From a virus (taxonomy: Duplodnaviria; Caudoviricetes): a DNA stretch of 64,000 nt. Below are positions 37,684 to 47,274 of this stretch, piece after piece. How positions within the stretch are numbered: position 1 is the first letter of the stretch; each line of letters starts with the position of its first letter. The notes under the pieces were generated by a model. The model ran no database searches. It was not told where the DNA came from and saw nothing but the letters and a program-made list of their open reading frames with translations. The position numbers were made by a program, and so were the translations under genes. Location of the stretch: the IMG/VR virus record IMGVR_UViG_3300028832_000131, positions 1 through 64,000 of that record, one strand, 5' to 3'.

Positions 37684-38316
37684 ATGGAAGAGGCAATTCA
37701 ACAGGTGTTAAGTAATGAAACTTACACTACGGATGAGGAAAGGGTAGATGCTATCAAAAAAGAGTTAGCCAAATTGGTTATCCCTAAAGATAAGTATAAT
37801 GACCTTAGTAGTCGTCTAAAGAATACGGAATCTGAATTATCGGCTTTGCAAACCGAGTATGAAGATTTCAAAAAGTCTAAAATGACTGATGATGAAAAAA
37901 GAGAGAGTGAAAGGAAACAGTTTGAAGAGCAAATAAAGCAAAATGCTATTGCTAAAAGCGATTTAGCGGTACAAAAGTTGTTACTTCAAAACGGTATTGA
38001 AATCAAAGACGAAGATACTGAATTGAAAGAAACACTAGCAACTATTGTTAGCGAAGATTATGATAAATCTCTTAAACTAGCAAATAGTTTTATATCTTTA
38101 ATCAATAAGACTAAAGACCAAACTGCTAAAGAAACAACTACAAAGTTGTTGAACGACACTCCTAAACCAATCGGTGGATTAGACAGTTCGTCTTCATTAA
38201 GTAAAGTTGATATGTTAAAGAAAGACTTAGAAGAGGCTATCAAAAATAAAGATAGCATGAAACAAACTGAGTTAATTAGTCAAATATATCAAGAAGAGCA
38301 TAAAACAGGGATTTAA
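37684..38316 (+). CDS. Capsid scaffolding protein (DUF4355-like)
   Basis: Coiled coil between portal and capsid genes; C-terminal TPKPIGG. Confidence 0.8.
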   Translation: MEEAIQQVLSNETYTTDEERVDAIKKELAKLVIPKDKYNDLSSRLKNTESELSALQTEYEDFKKSKMTDDEKRESERKQFEEQIKQNAIAKSDLAVQKLLLQNGIEIKDEDTELKETLATIVSEDYDKSLKLANSFISLINKTKDQTAKETTTKLLNDTPKPIGGLDSSSSLSKVDMLKKDLEEAIKNKDSMKQTELISQIYQEEHKTGI

Positions 38317-38320
38317 TTGT

Positions 38321-38340
38321 TAGCACTTTTCAAAGGGAAA
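38321..38340 (+). promoter_or_regulatory. Bipartite motif upstream of the capsid RBS
   Basis: TAGCACT-TTT-CAAAGGGAAA. Confidence 0.7.
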
Positions 38341-38364
38341 AAAATATTTTGAGAGGTGATTTTA

Positions 38365-39354
38365 ATGAACACAGGAACAGTACAATCATTTTTAGTTCCT
38401 AACTATTCAGGTTTACTTTACAATAAAGCAAATACTGATACGCCATTCCTTAATTCAATTTCTGGAAGGGTAAAATATACTAACTCAGTTGAGTTCGTTT
38501 GTGGTCAATATTATACGAGTGAAGAAGGTGCAATCCCTAATATTAGTGAAACTGCATCATTAACTGCTCCAGATGCTACTTACGTAACTAGAACTCAATT
38601 AAGTAACGTAACACAAATATTCCATGAAACTGTTGCAGTTAGTTATGCAAAACAATCTAATATGGCAACTTTAGGTGGAGTAAATATTGCAGGACAAGTT
38701 GAAAATCCTACAAACGAGTTAGATTTCCAAACTAACGCAAAAATGAACAAAATTAAGAGAAGTATTGAAAAAACTTTCATCCAAGGTACTTATAACAAGG
38801 CTGCTAGTGATAGCCAAGTAAATAAGACTCGTGGTATTCTTGCTGCTATTACAAGTAACGTAATTGCTGCTAGTGGTGCTGCATTAGACTTATGGTTAGT
38901 TAATGACTTAGTAACTGAAATTAAAGAATCAGGTGGAGACATTTCTAACTTACTAATGCTAGTAAACGCTACTAACCTATTACAATTACATGGTAATGCA
39001 ATAGAAATGGGTATGAAAGTTGGAGAACCTTATGCTAATGCTTATGGTATTATGGTAAGAGATATTCTATTACCTATCGGTTGCGTATTACACTTCGGTT
39101 TAGGTGAGTTTATACCTGACGGAACAGCATTAATCTATAATCCATCAGTTTGTGGACCAGTTGAACAACCAGTTCCAGGAAAAGGTAACTTCTTTAGAGA
39201 AGAACTTGCTAAAGATGGTGCAAGTGTTAAATATCAAATCTTTGGACAAATCGGTCTTGACCATGGACCAGAATGGTATCATGGAAAGATTACTGGTTTA
39301 AGTACTACATTCACTAAACCAGATGGTATCAAAGTTAAGACAGTTAGTGCTTAG
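38365..39354 (+). CDS. Major capsid protein (DUF5309/SU10-like)
   Basis: EEGA, NVTQIFHETVAVS, YQIFGQIGLDHGPEWYHGKITGL motifs. Confidence 0.9.
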   Translation: MNTGTVQSFLVPNYSGLLYNKANTDTPFLNSISGRVKYTNSVEFVCGQYYTSEEGAIPNISETASLTAPDATYVTRTQLSNVTQIFHETVAVSYAKQSNMATLGGVNIAGQVENPTNELDFQTNAKMNKIKRSIEKTFIQGTYNKAASDSQVNKTRGILAAITSNVIAASGAALDLWLVNDLVTEIKESGGDISNLLMLVNATNLLQLHGNAIEMGMKVGEPYANAYGIMVRDILLPIGCVLHFGLGEFIPDGTALIYNPSVCGPVEQPVPGKGNFFREELAKDGASVKYQIFGQIGLDHGPEWYHGKITGLSTTFTKPDGIKVKTVSA

Positions 39355-39385
39355 TAAATAAATCATATTCAAAGGGAGAAGTAAG

Positions 39386-40291
39386 ATGGAAAAGAAAAAA
39401 ATAGTATTATTACAACATTATTACAACGAAATAGGTGGAATTGAAACATTTCTACGAAACTTCTGTAAGAGGTTTGGTGATGAATATGATATGACACTTG
39501 TATGCCGTGAAATAAGTTTTGAAAATGCTATCGTTCTTAGTAAATACGTTAACGTAGTTATTGAACTTACTTCCCCAATAGAGTGTGATATTTGTATTAT
39601 AACGAGTGTTTTGGTTGATGATGAATACTTCAGCCAAATAAGGTATAAAGAAATATATCAAATGATACATTCCGATTGGACGGCTATGAAAAAGTTTTGG
39701 GATTGGAAGTTTCGAGAAAAAGACCCTAATACTAAATACATAGCAGTTAGCGAATGTGCTAGGCAATCTTTTATTAGAGAGTTTAATAAGGATAGTGTAG
39801 TTATACCAAATATATTGGATGATGAAGATTATCAAATAAAAATAGTAGTATTTAGTAGATTAACTGAAGAAAAAGGTTATGCTAGATACTGTACTTTGTG
39901 CGATTTGTTTGAAAAATATGGATATACTTATGTAATAGACGTATTTGGAACTAATCCGCTTAATTACGTTAACTATAAAAACTTGATAATTCATGACCCT
40001 ATACGAGACGGTCAACGAGTTATGAAGGCTTACGATTATGTCGCTCAATGCTCTGATACAGAGTCGTTTTGCCTGACAATGTACGAGGCTTTGCAACAAC
40101 ACGTTCCCGTCTTGGTAACACCGTTTCCTAATGCCGTATTAGACATTAAGGACGGAGAAAATGGTTATATACTACCATTCGATATGAAACTTACTAAGAA
40201 AGATATTGATAAAATAGTTAATAAGATTCCTAAAAATGTTGATTATAAGCAGAAGGGAGTTTACGAGTTATGGAAAAAAATATTAAAGTAA
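39386..40291 (+). CDS. GT-B (GT4-like) glycosyltransferase inside the head operon
   Basis: IGGIETF, SRLTEEKG, SDTESFCLTMYEAL motifs. Confidence 0.85.
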   Translation: MEKKKIVLLQHYYNEIGGIETFLRNFCKRFGDEYDMTLVCREISFENAIVLSKYVNVVIELTSPIECDICIITSVLVDDEYFSQIRYKEIYQMIHSDWTAMKKFWDWKFREKDPNTKYIAVSECARQSFIREFNKDSVVIPNILDDEDYQIKIVVFSRLTEEKGYARYCTLCDLFEKYGYTYVIDVFGTNPLNYVNYKNLIIHDPIRDGQRVMKAYDYVAQCSDTESFCLTMYEALQQHVPVLVTPFPNAVLDIKDGENGYILPFDMKLTKKDIDKIVNKIPKNVDYKQKGVYELWKKILK

Positions 40292-40431
40292 GAGTTACTC
40301 AATATTATAGAGATATTGTAGAGGACACATACTTTACCGCTGGTACAGTTCGCTACTTAGATTATCAACGTGCTAGGGAATTATTAAGTAAAGGTTTAAT
40401 AGTAATAATGGAGATAAGGAAGTGTAAATAA
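40270..40431 (+). CDS. 53 aa ORF overlapping the GT 3' end (not in ORF track)
   Basis: MEKNIKVRVTQYYRDIVEDTYFTAGTVRYLDYQRARELLSKGLIVIMEIRKCK; TAATG coupling to the next gene. Confidence 0.6.
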   Translation: MEKNIKVRVTQYYRDIVEDTYFTAGTVRYLDYQRARELLSKGLIVIMEIRKCK

Positions 40432-40763
40432 TGAGTGATAGTGAGAAAATAATAAAAATGAGAATATCTATTCTTGGAGCATCTGATGATGATTCGCAAG
40501 ACGATTTATTATATTCAATGTTAGACGATGCTAAAAGCATCGCATTAGATACACTTTATCCATTTGACCCAAACGCAGAACTTCCTAGCACATGGAGAAT
40601 GGATATGTGGTTAGTAAGGTGTGCAATCGAACTATACAATAAGAAAGATAACACTAATGTTCAAATGTATACTGAAAATGGTATATCTGTGTCTTATCTA
40701 AGTGGATTAATTTCTAAGTCGTTATTAGACGAATTAATTCCTAAGGCTGGTGTTCCAAAATGA
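40431..40763 (+). CDS. Head-tail connector (gp15-like)
   Basis: Position; AIELYNK...YTENGISVSY. Confidence 0.8.
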   Translation: MSDSEKIIKMRISILGASDDDSQDDLLYSMLDDAKSIALDTLYPFDPNAELPSTWRMDMWLVRCAIELYNKKDNTNVQMYTENGISVSYLSGLISKSLLDELIPKAGVPK

Positions 40764-41134
40764 TACCAGTAAAGGCGAATCCTGAAACTTGGGCTAAAAA
40801 GTTATATATAGCCAGCAAGATTGGAACAGAGTTAGATGATGAGGGTAATGAAGTAAGTACTTATGCTACTCCCGTAGAATATTCCTTTAATTATAGAGGA
40901 GTTAAATCTAATGCTGAAATGGTTGAGTTTGGTGAAAAAGCGAGTATAACTCAAAGAATGGTAATACCAATTTCGTATGACGGAATGTTTAAAGAGTTTG
41001 ACGTAGCATATTTATATGGGACAACTCCTGAAGGAGAATACAATAATGGTGACAAAGCCAATTATGTATTATTGCCTCCTAGAGTTGGTAATTCAGTAAT
41101 AATAATCTATATGCAAAAGATAGTAGGAGAGTAG
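40760..41134 (+). CDS. Head closure protein
   Basis: Position and size. Confidence 0.65.
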   Translation: MIPVKANPETWAKKLYIASKIGTELDDEGNEVSTYATPVEYSFNYRGVKSNAEMVEFGEKASITQRMVIPISYDGMFKEFDVAYLYGTTPEGEYNNGDKANYVLLPPRVGNSVIIIYMQKIVGE

Positions 41135-41141
41135 GTGTTTT

Positions 41142-41312
41142 ATGTATAAGTTCAGTAATGGTGTAGTAGTTTTTACGGAGGAAGATAAAGAGGCTTTCAT
41201 AAAAGCGGGCTATGTTTTAGTAAAGGAAGAAAATGAAAACAAAGATAACAGCGGAACTATCAAGGAACAGTCTAAAGCAAGCAATAAAATTACTTCGAGA
41301 GTTCGAAAGTAA
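41142..41312 (+). CDS. 56 aa hypothetical protein (not in ORF track)
   Basis: SD AGGTG; MYKFSNGVVVFTEEDKEAFIKAGY... Confidence 0.55.
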   Translation: MYKFSNGVVVFTEEDKEAFIKAGYVLVKEENENKDNSGTIKEQSKASNKITSRVRK

Positions 41313-41769
41313 TTATCAAAAAGGTGTGCATGATTCAATAAAATCAGCCACCGAGGCTATGTATAATAAAGTCCTTCAAAACTGTTACGAAAACGGAATA
41401 AGTAATCATACGAGTGAAATCCATTGGGAGTACGATGATTCAAAAAACATTGGGCGAGTATGGACTAACGATATGGTACTAATATTCAACGAAATGGGGA
41501 CAGGAGTAAAAGGACAAAATAAACCTCATCCCAAAGCGGATGGCTGGGAATATGATATAAACGGACATGGCGAACAAGGCTGGTGGTATCCAACAACTGA
41601 TAATGACCCTAATCCAATAAAAAGAATTGGAAAAGACGGTCAATTAAGAGGTTGGACTGCTGGTTTGCCTAGCAGAAGAATGTTTTATGATGCTTACGAA
41701 AGTATGAAAAATGAAATAGGAGACTATGTTGAAATCGAATTGCGAAAAAATATTGGCAATTTATATTAA
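41233..41769 (+). CDS. HK97 gp10-like neck/tail component
   Basis: FNEMGTG...WTAGLPSRRMFYDA motif. Confidence 0.75.
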   Translation: MKTKITAELSRNSLKQAIKLLREFESNYQKGVHDSIKSATEAMYNKVLQNCYENGISNHTSEIHWEYDDSKNIGRVWTNDMVLIFNEMGTGVKGQNKPHPKADGWEYDINGHGEQGWWYPTTDNDPNPIKRIGKDGQLRGWTAGLPSRRMFYDAYESMKNEIGDYVEIELRKNIGNLY

Positions 41770-41783
41770 AGGAGTGATTAAGT

Positions 41784-42269
41784 ATGGTAGTAGAAAATAT
41801 ATTTGATAGTGTGTTCTATCCTGCTTTTAAAGAGTATGTAGAGGCACACAACAATTATTCTGCTAAAGTAGTTAAAATTAATCCTGAAGACAGCAAAGTA
41901 TTTCCTATAATACCTGTTAGACTACTTTCTGTATCCAATAGATATAACAATCTAAACTATGGTGAAGAAACTTATTCTTTTGGTATAGAAATTGATATAT
42001 ATGCCGTAGATACAACAGTTGAGGAAGTTGTTACTGAAAATAGCCAATCAACTGTTATACATAAAAAAGTATCTAAAAAAATGGTTTGCGACAATTTGTG
42101 TGAAATAATAGTTGATTATATAAAAGAAACATATCATTTTACAGTAAGAGTAAATCATGATGCTCCTAACATGGATACAAATGTTCACAGGACATTAATT
42201 CGATTAACTGGAGTATTAGATACTAAATATGGAAATGACAATTTAGTAATATATCCAACTTTGAGATAA
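41784..42269 (+). CDS. Tail completion protein
   Basis: Position before the major tail gene. Confidence 0.65.
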   Translation: MVVENIFDSVFYPAFKEYVEAHNNYSAKVVKINPEDSKVFPIIPVRLLSVSNRYNNLNYGEETYSFGIEIDIYAVDTTVEEVVTENSQSTVIHKKVSKKMVCDNLCEIIVDYIKETYHFTVRVNHDAPNMDTNVHRTLIRLTGVLDTKYGNDNLVIYPTLR

Positions 42270-42288
42270 GCACTTCTAAAAAGGGAAA
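42269..42288 (+). promoter_or_regulatory. Bipartite motif upstream of the major tail RBS
   Basis: AGCACT-TCTAA-AAAGGGAAA. Confidence 0.7.
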
Positions 42289-42309
42289 AAATATGAGAGG
42301 TGATTATTA

Positions 42310-42741
42310 ATGATAGACTTAGGTATTGAACTAAGAGTAAAAGCATCAACAGATGCAAAATATCCTTATGCAAAATTAGTAGCAGTTAAAGGTATGCCTG
42401 CAACAGGACAAGCAGGTGGAAACGTAGAAACAACTACTTCAAGTGACCCAGTTAAAGTATATATTCCAGACCGTCCTGATACAGGAGATATGGACTTCAC
42501 TTATAACTATTCACAAGATAACTTAACAGCAGTTCAAGCAGTATGTGATAATACAGTAAAAGATATTCTTATCAAGTTCCCAGACGGAGCAGGATTTGAA
42601 TACAAAGGTGTATGTCAAACTTGGATTAATGAAGAATCAGTTGGTGGAGTTATGGAATGTACTATTCATACAACACCAAGTGTTGCAGGAACTTATCTAA
42701 ACTCAACACAAGTTGCTGCTAAAATAAGTGCAAGTAACTAG
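42310..42741 (+). CDS. Major tail (tube) protein
   Basis: GGNVETTT...YIPDRPDTGDMDFTYNY motif. Confidence 0.85.
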   Translation: MIDLGIELRVKASTDAKYPYAKLVAVKGMPATGQAGGNVETTTSSDPVKVYIPDRPDTGDMDFTYNYSQDNLTAVQAVCDNTVKDILIKFPDGAGFEYKGVCQTWINEESVGGVMECTIHTTPSVAGTYLNSTQVAAKISASN

Positions 42742-42766
42742 GAAATAAAAGAGAGGGAAATTAACG

Positions 42767-43117
42767 ATGCGAAAATTGAAATTAAAAATCAAGGATGAAG
42801 AATACATTCTTGAATATAACAGAGATTCGATTAAATGGTTAGAGTCAGTTGGTTTTGATATAGAACAACTAACTATTAAACCTCTAACTTATAGGGAAAT
42901 GTTATGGCAATCTTTATTCGTAAAAAACTATGGTAATACAGTAAATCCAAAATTAGCATTAAAACTAATGGATACGTATACTGAAGAACATGGTGCAAAA
43001 ATGACTGCTAAAGTAGTTAAGTTTGCACTAGACGAATACACGGCTTTTTTCAATGCCCTAGCAGATACAAACTCCGAGAAGACGGAGGAAGAGGAATTAG
43101 AGATAATCGAACAATAG
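42767..43117 (+). CDS. Tail assembly chaperone
   Basis: Between the major tail and tape measure genes; slippery T TTT TTC at 43045-43051. Confidence 0.8.
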   Translation: MRKLKLKIKDEEYILEYNRDSIKWLESVGFDIEQLTIKPLTYREMLWQSLFVKNYGNTVNPKLALKLMDTYTEEHGAKMTAKVVKFALDEYTAFFNALADTNSEKTEEEELEIIEQ

Positions 43118-43173
43118 AAGAAGAAGGCAAGAAATATAAAAACTTAACAGATTGGTTTTATGATTTATTACCT

Positions 43174-43557
43174 TTGGCGATAACATACGGTATGTCTGTA
43201 AAAGAGTTTTGGGAAGATAACCCAGACCTGTTCTGGGCATACCGTTTTTCTTATTATAATAATATGAAAAATGAGCAAGAGGCTTTAAACTTCCAATTAT
43301 GGTTACAGGGATTATATTTCCATGAGGCTGTATCTGTAGCATTGTTTAATTCTTTTGGAAAAGGAAAAAAACTTACTTATTCCGACAAGCCTTATATTTT
43401 ATCACAAAAAGAGGAAGAAGAAGAGTATAAGAAACAACAAAAGAAGTTAGAAATACAAATTAAAAATCGTATTTCGGAAATGCAAAAGATAAAGGGCAAA
43501 GAAGAAGAGGCATTACCAAATCAAAAGGGAGAAGGTGGTGAAAACAATAATGGATGA
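43174..43557 (+). CDS. Tail chaperone C-terminal (-1 frameshift) segment
   Basis: The -1 frame is open from 43045 into this ORF. Confidence 0.75.
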   Translation: MAITYGMSVKEFWEDNPDLFWAYRFSYYNNMKNEQEALNFQLWLQGLYFHEAVSVALFNSFGKGKKLTYSDKPYILSQKEEEEEYKKQQKKLEIQIKNRISEMQKIKGKEEEALPNQKGEGGENNNG

Positions 43558-46500
43558 TACACAAAGTTTAGAATTACAACTAAAAACAACTGGTGAAGAA
43601 ACTTTAAAAGTATTAAAAGAAGTTGCTAGTGAAATAACTGGAATTGATGGCTCACTAAAGGACATTAGTAAAACCATTAAAAACGTATCTTCTGTATCTT
43701 CTCAAATAAACGGAATTGATACTTCTGCTAAGAAGGCATCAATAAGTGTAGATAACTTAAATAAATCATTTGGTAAGTTAATTTCATTTGCTGCTATCAA
43801 AAGAATAGGAATTAAGGCTTTTGAGTTTGTAGATTCCGCATCTGATAGGGCGGAGGAATTAAACTTATTTAATGTTATTTTTAAAAACATAACTGTAAAC
43901 GGAGAAAAGACTTTTTCTGAATTAGGACAAGATGCTATGAGATTCCAAAACCAATTAAACGAGGCTTTTGGAACAAATATGACTGAAACATTACGTTATC
44001 AAGGTTTGTTTCAGGCTATGGCAACTAACCAAGGTGTAGAAGAAAAATATGCCTCATTAATGTCAGAAAATATGCTTAAACTAACTTATGATTTAGCATC
44101 TTTATATAATCGTAATGAAAAGACTGTTGCTGAGGCTTTGCGTGGTGGTGTATATGCTGGACAGACTAAACCTTTACGTGGATTTGGTATTGACGTTACA
44201 CAGACTACGATGAAACCATTGCTTGCTGAATTAGGTATAGAAAAATCCGTCAACGAATTATCTCAGGGTGAGAAACAAATATTACGTTATATAGCGACAT
44301 TAAGGCAGGCTCAATCTGCTATGGGAGACTTTGCTGATACAATAGAATCTCCTGCTAACCAATTAAAAATATTTAAACAACAGTTAGCCGAAGTTAAAGT
44401 TGCTATAGGTAATTTATTTATGGGCTTATATGCTAATATACTTCCTTATGCCAATGCTATTCTAATGGTTATTAAGGAAATAGCCAAAGCATTAGCCGAT
44501 TTATTTGGAATAGATACAAAGGACTATAATAGCGGTTTAGCAAGTACTGAAGAAATATATGACGGTATTTCTACAAGTGCAGGAAATGCGGCAAAATCTG
44601 CTAAAGAGTTAAAGAGACAATTATTAAAGTTTGATGAAGTAAATAACTTGACTACTCCTAGCAGTTCAGGAAGTGGTTCAGGAAGTGGCGGAATAAATGG
44701 TGGTATAGACCAAAGATTACTTGATGCGTTAAAAGGATATGATAATTTAATGGGTCAAGTAAAAATGAAGGCTACTGCAATTCGAGACAGAATCATGGAA
44801 TGGCTTGGTTTTACAAAGGAAGTTAACTTGTTAACTGATGAAACGTCTTTCAAATTTGACCATATAACTGGTGGTACTGTATTAGGTGCGTTAGCAGTTG
44901 GTGGAACTATATATACTGGTGTCAAAAAAATATATGACATGGTCATGGCTATATTTGGAAAAAAGGCGGTAGAAGAAACTGGAAGTGCTGTACTTTCAAC
45001 TGCGGCAGGAGGTGCTGCAAAAGGTGCTGGTACTGCGGCTGGAGGTGCTGCAAAAGGTGCTGGTACTGCGGCTGGAGGGAAAGGATTAGCAAGCATAGCA
45101 TCTGCTGTCGGATATACTGATTTAGTGGCTGCTGGTGGAGCATTAGCCTTTATTGCAACAGAAATGTATGACGTAAACGAAAGAGCAAAAGAATTAAATA
45201 CTTTCGAATATAAGAAAACTGGATTAGCAGAAGGCATAGAAGATTTTAATACTTTATTTGGATTAATGAGTTTAAATCCAATAGGAGCAGTATTTAATTT
45301 CAACACAATAAATGATATGTTAGCAACTATGCAAGATGGCATGAGTAATGTAATTACACAAGGTGCAATATTTGATGAAACTATTAGTGAAATATCACAA
45401 GAAAAATTAACAGATTTAATTAATGAGTTTATTACTTTAGATAATATTGTAGGTGAAATGAAATTCACAGGAAAGATTATATCTAAAGATGACGTAACTA
45501 TAATGAAAAATCTGCTTAAAATGATAAAACAAACAATAGTCAAAGAACTAGATGCTGATAAAAATGCCGAACTTGGTAATCTTAAAGTACTTGAAAAAGC
45601 GTTGGGAGCAAAAGATTATAAAAACATAGTTGATAGTATTAAAGGCTTTTATGAAGAACAAAAATTAGCAGTAGAAGAAGGCGAAAAACAAATAAATGAT
45701 ATTATTGCTGCTGCTGCAGAAAGAGGAGGAGCATTAAGACAAGATGAATTAGACAAAATAGATGAAATTAGAAGTACTATGATGGATAACGGCATTAAAA
45801 TAATGACTGAATCTGAGGAAGAATACATTAAGATTACTACTCGTTTAAATCACAACATGGAGGCTTTAACACTCGAAAGAGCATCTGCAATTATAAAGAG
45901 TGCTAAAGAAACAAAAGAGAAAGCAATTCAAGAGGCCGAAGAACAATATGACAATGTTATTTTACAAGCAGAAAAATTACGTCAAGCAGGAATAATTAAT
46001 GAAGACGAATATAACAAAATGATAGATGCGGCTGAACTTGCTAAACAAGAAACAATTCAAAAATCTGATGAACAATATTCTTCTATTCTATCAACCGTAA
46101 AAGAAAAATTAGGCGAAAGTGCTAGTTATGTAGATACTGAAACAGGTGAAATAAAAACGAAAATGGAAGAGTGGAATGAAAACCTAAATACTGGTATTAC
46201 AACAGGATTTGAAGGTTTTAAAACTGGTTTATCAACATTGCTATCTGACATAGGAAGAACATTACTTGGCTGGACTGGTATCTCTACATTTAAAACTAAT
46301 ACTGAAACCGAAATGGGAAGTCTTAAAACAAGTATTGAATCTTGGAAACCAAAGATACCAAGAATATCATGGTCTTCTAATGGTAAACAAACAACAGGAA
46401 CATTAAAGTCTATACTTGAGGCACTTGGATTACCAACCACATTACCTAAACTATCAGTTACTTGGGTAAGTCAATATGCTAACGGAGGATTCCCAGAAGA

Positions 46501-46762
46501 CGGATTATTCTTTGCAAACCATAACGAGTTAGTTGGTAAGTTTAGTAATGGTAAGACAGCCGTTGCAAATAACGAACAAATAATTCAAGGTATTCAAAGC
46601 GGTGTTTATACTGGTGTTCTATCTGCTATGAGTCAAACAAATGCTGGCTCAAGTAAGGTTGACGTAGACGTTTATGTTCATAGCAACGAAGAAGTAGTCG
46701 TAGATAAAATTAATCAAAAAACTAAACAAACTGGTGTGTGTCCAATTAACATACCAGCATAG
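43535..46762 (+). CDS. Tape measure protein
   Basis: ~1070 aa helical protein after the chaperones; contains a 33-bp tandem duplication at ~45003-45078. Confidence 0.9.
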   Translation: MVKTIMDDTQSLELQLKTTGEETLKVLKEVASEITGIDGSLKDISKTIKNVSSVSSQINGIDTSAKKASISVDNLNKSFGKLISFAAIKRIGIKAFEFVDSASDRAEELNLFNVIFKNITVNGEKTFSELGQDAMRFQNQLNEAFGTNMTETLRYQGLFQAMATNQGVEEKYASLMSENMLKLTYDLASLYNRNEKTVAEALRGGVYAGQTKPLRGFGIDVTQTTMKPLLAELGIEKSVNELSQGEKQILRYIATLRQAQSAMGDFADTIESPANQLKIFKQQLAEVKVAIGNLFMGLYANILPYANAILMVIKEIAKALADLFGIDTKDYNSGLASTEEIYDGISTSAGNAAKSAKELKRQLLKFDEVNNLTTPSSSGSGSGSGGINGGIDQRLLDALKGYDNLMGQVKMKATAIRDRIMEWLGFTKEVNLLTDETSFKFDHITGGTVLGALAVGGTIYTGVKKIYDMVMAIFGKKAVEETGSAVLSTAAGGAAKGAGTAAGGAAKGAGTAAGGKGLASIASAVGYTDLVAAGGALAFIATEMYDVNERAKELNTFEYKKTGLAEGIEDFNTLFGLMSLNPIGAVFNFNTINDMLATMQDGMSNVITQGAIFDETISEISQEKLTDLINEFITLDNIVGEMKFTGKIISKDDVTIMKNLLKMIKQTIVKELDADKNAELGNLKVLEKALGAKDYKNIVDSIKGFYEEQKLAVEEGEKQINDIIAAAAERGGALRQDELDKIDEIRSTMMDNGIKIMTESEEEYIKITTRLNHNMEALTLERASAIIKSAKETKEKAIQEAEEQYDNVILQAEKLRQAGIINEDEYNKMIDAAELAKQETIQKSDEQYSSILSTVKEKLGESASYVDTETGEIKTKMEEWNENLNTGITTGFEGFKTGLSTLLSDIGRTLLGWTGISTFKTNTETEMGSLKTSIESWKPKIPRISWSSNGKQTTGTLKSILEALGLPTTLPKLSVTWVSQYANGGFPEDGLFFANHNELVGKFSNGKTAVANNEQIIQGIQSGVYTGVLSAMSQTNAGSSKVDVDVYVHSNEEVVVDKINQKTKQTGVCPINIPA

Positions 46763-46767
46763 ATAAA

Positions 46768-46795
46768 GTGTAGCACTTTCTTTTAAAGGGAAATT
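46768..46795 (+). promoter_or_regulatory. Bipartite motif upstream of the distal-tail RBS
   Basis: GTGTAGCACT-TTCTTTT-AAAGGGAAATT. Confidence 0.7.
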
Positions 46796-47267
46796 GAAAG
46801 ATGGTGATATGATGATACAAGAATATACTCAAGGAGTTTATACTTATAAGTTAGCAAGCCCATCTGTAGTAATATCTAAAGTTAAAATAAACAACGTAGA
46901 TATATCTAAATATTTATCTAACAACTCTCAAGTTGGTTGGTATGACGTTTCTAGGAATAGTGGACGTGATACTACTACTGCTGACGGGAAAATGATACTT
47001 AATGTTATATCTACTAAATATAGACTTGATTTAGTAACTAGACAATTAACTCGTGATGAAATAGTTGATTTCTTTGCACAAATTAAATTACGTCCTACTA
47101 TGGAAGTAAAGTTTTTAAATCCATTTACTAATACTTGGAAAACAATAAATGCTTATAGAGGAGATAGAATTGCTCAGGCTGCTTATCCAGTTCAAGTAAC
47201 TGAGGGAGTAAATAATGCTTTGGTTGAAATCTTTAATCCAGTATCAATAGCATTAATAGAATTGTAG
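46794..47267 (+). CDS. Distal-tail-like protein
   Basis: Directly after the tape measure gene; SRNSGRDT...YRGDR motif. Confidence 0.65.
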   Translation: MKDGDMMIQEYTQGVYTYKLASPSVVISKVKINNVDISKYLSNNSQVGWYDVSRNSGRDTTTADGKMILNVISTKYRLDLVTRQLTRDEIVDFFAQIKLRPTMEVKFLNPFTNTWKTINAYRGDRIAQAAYPVQVTEGVNNALVEIFNPVSIALIEL

Positions 47268-47274
47268 GTGTTAT

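Larger units (their letters stand above)
1..47021. mobile_element. Phage genome unit A (one full circularly permuted siphovirus-type genome, ~47.0 kb)
   Basis: Complete set of terminase, portal, capsid, tail, lysis and replication genes. Position 1 corresponds to 47022 (offset 47,021). Confidence 0.85.

Noticed and set aside
45003-45078. 33-bp tandem duplication in the tape measure gene
   Set aside because: Real but an ordinary in-frame slippage duplication
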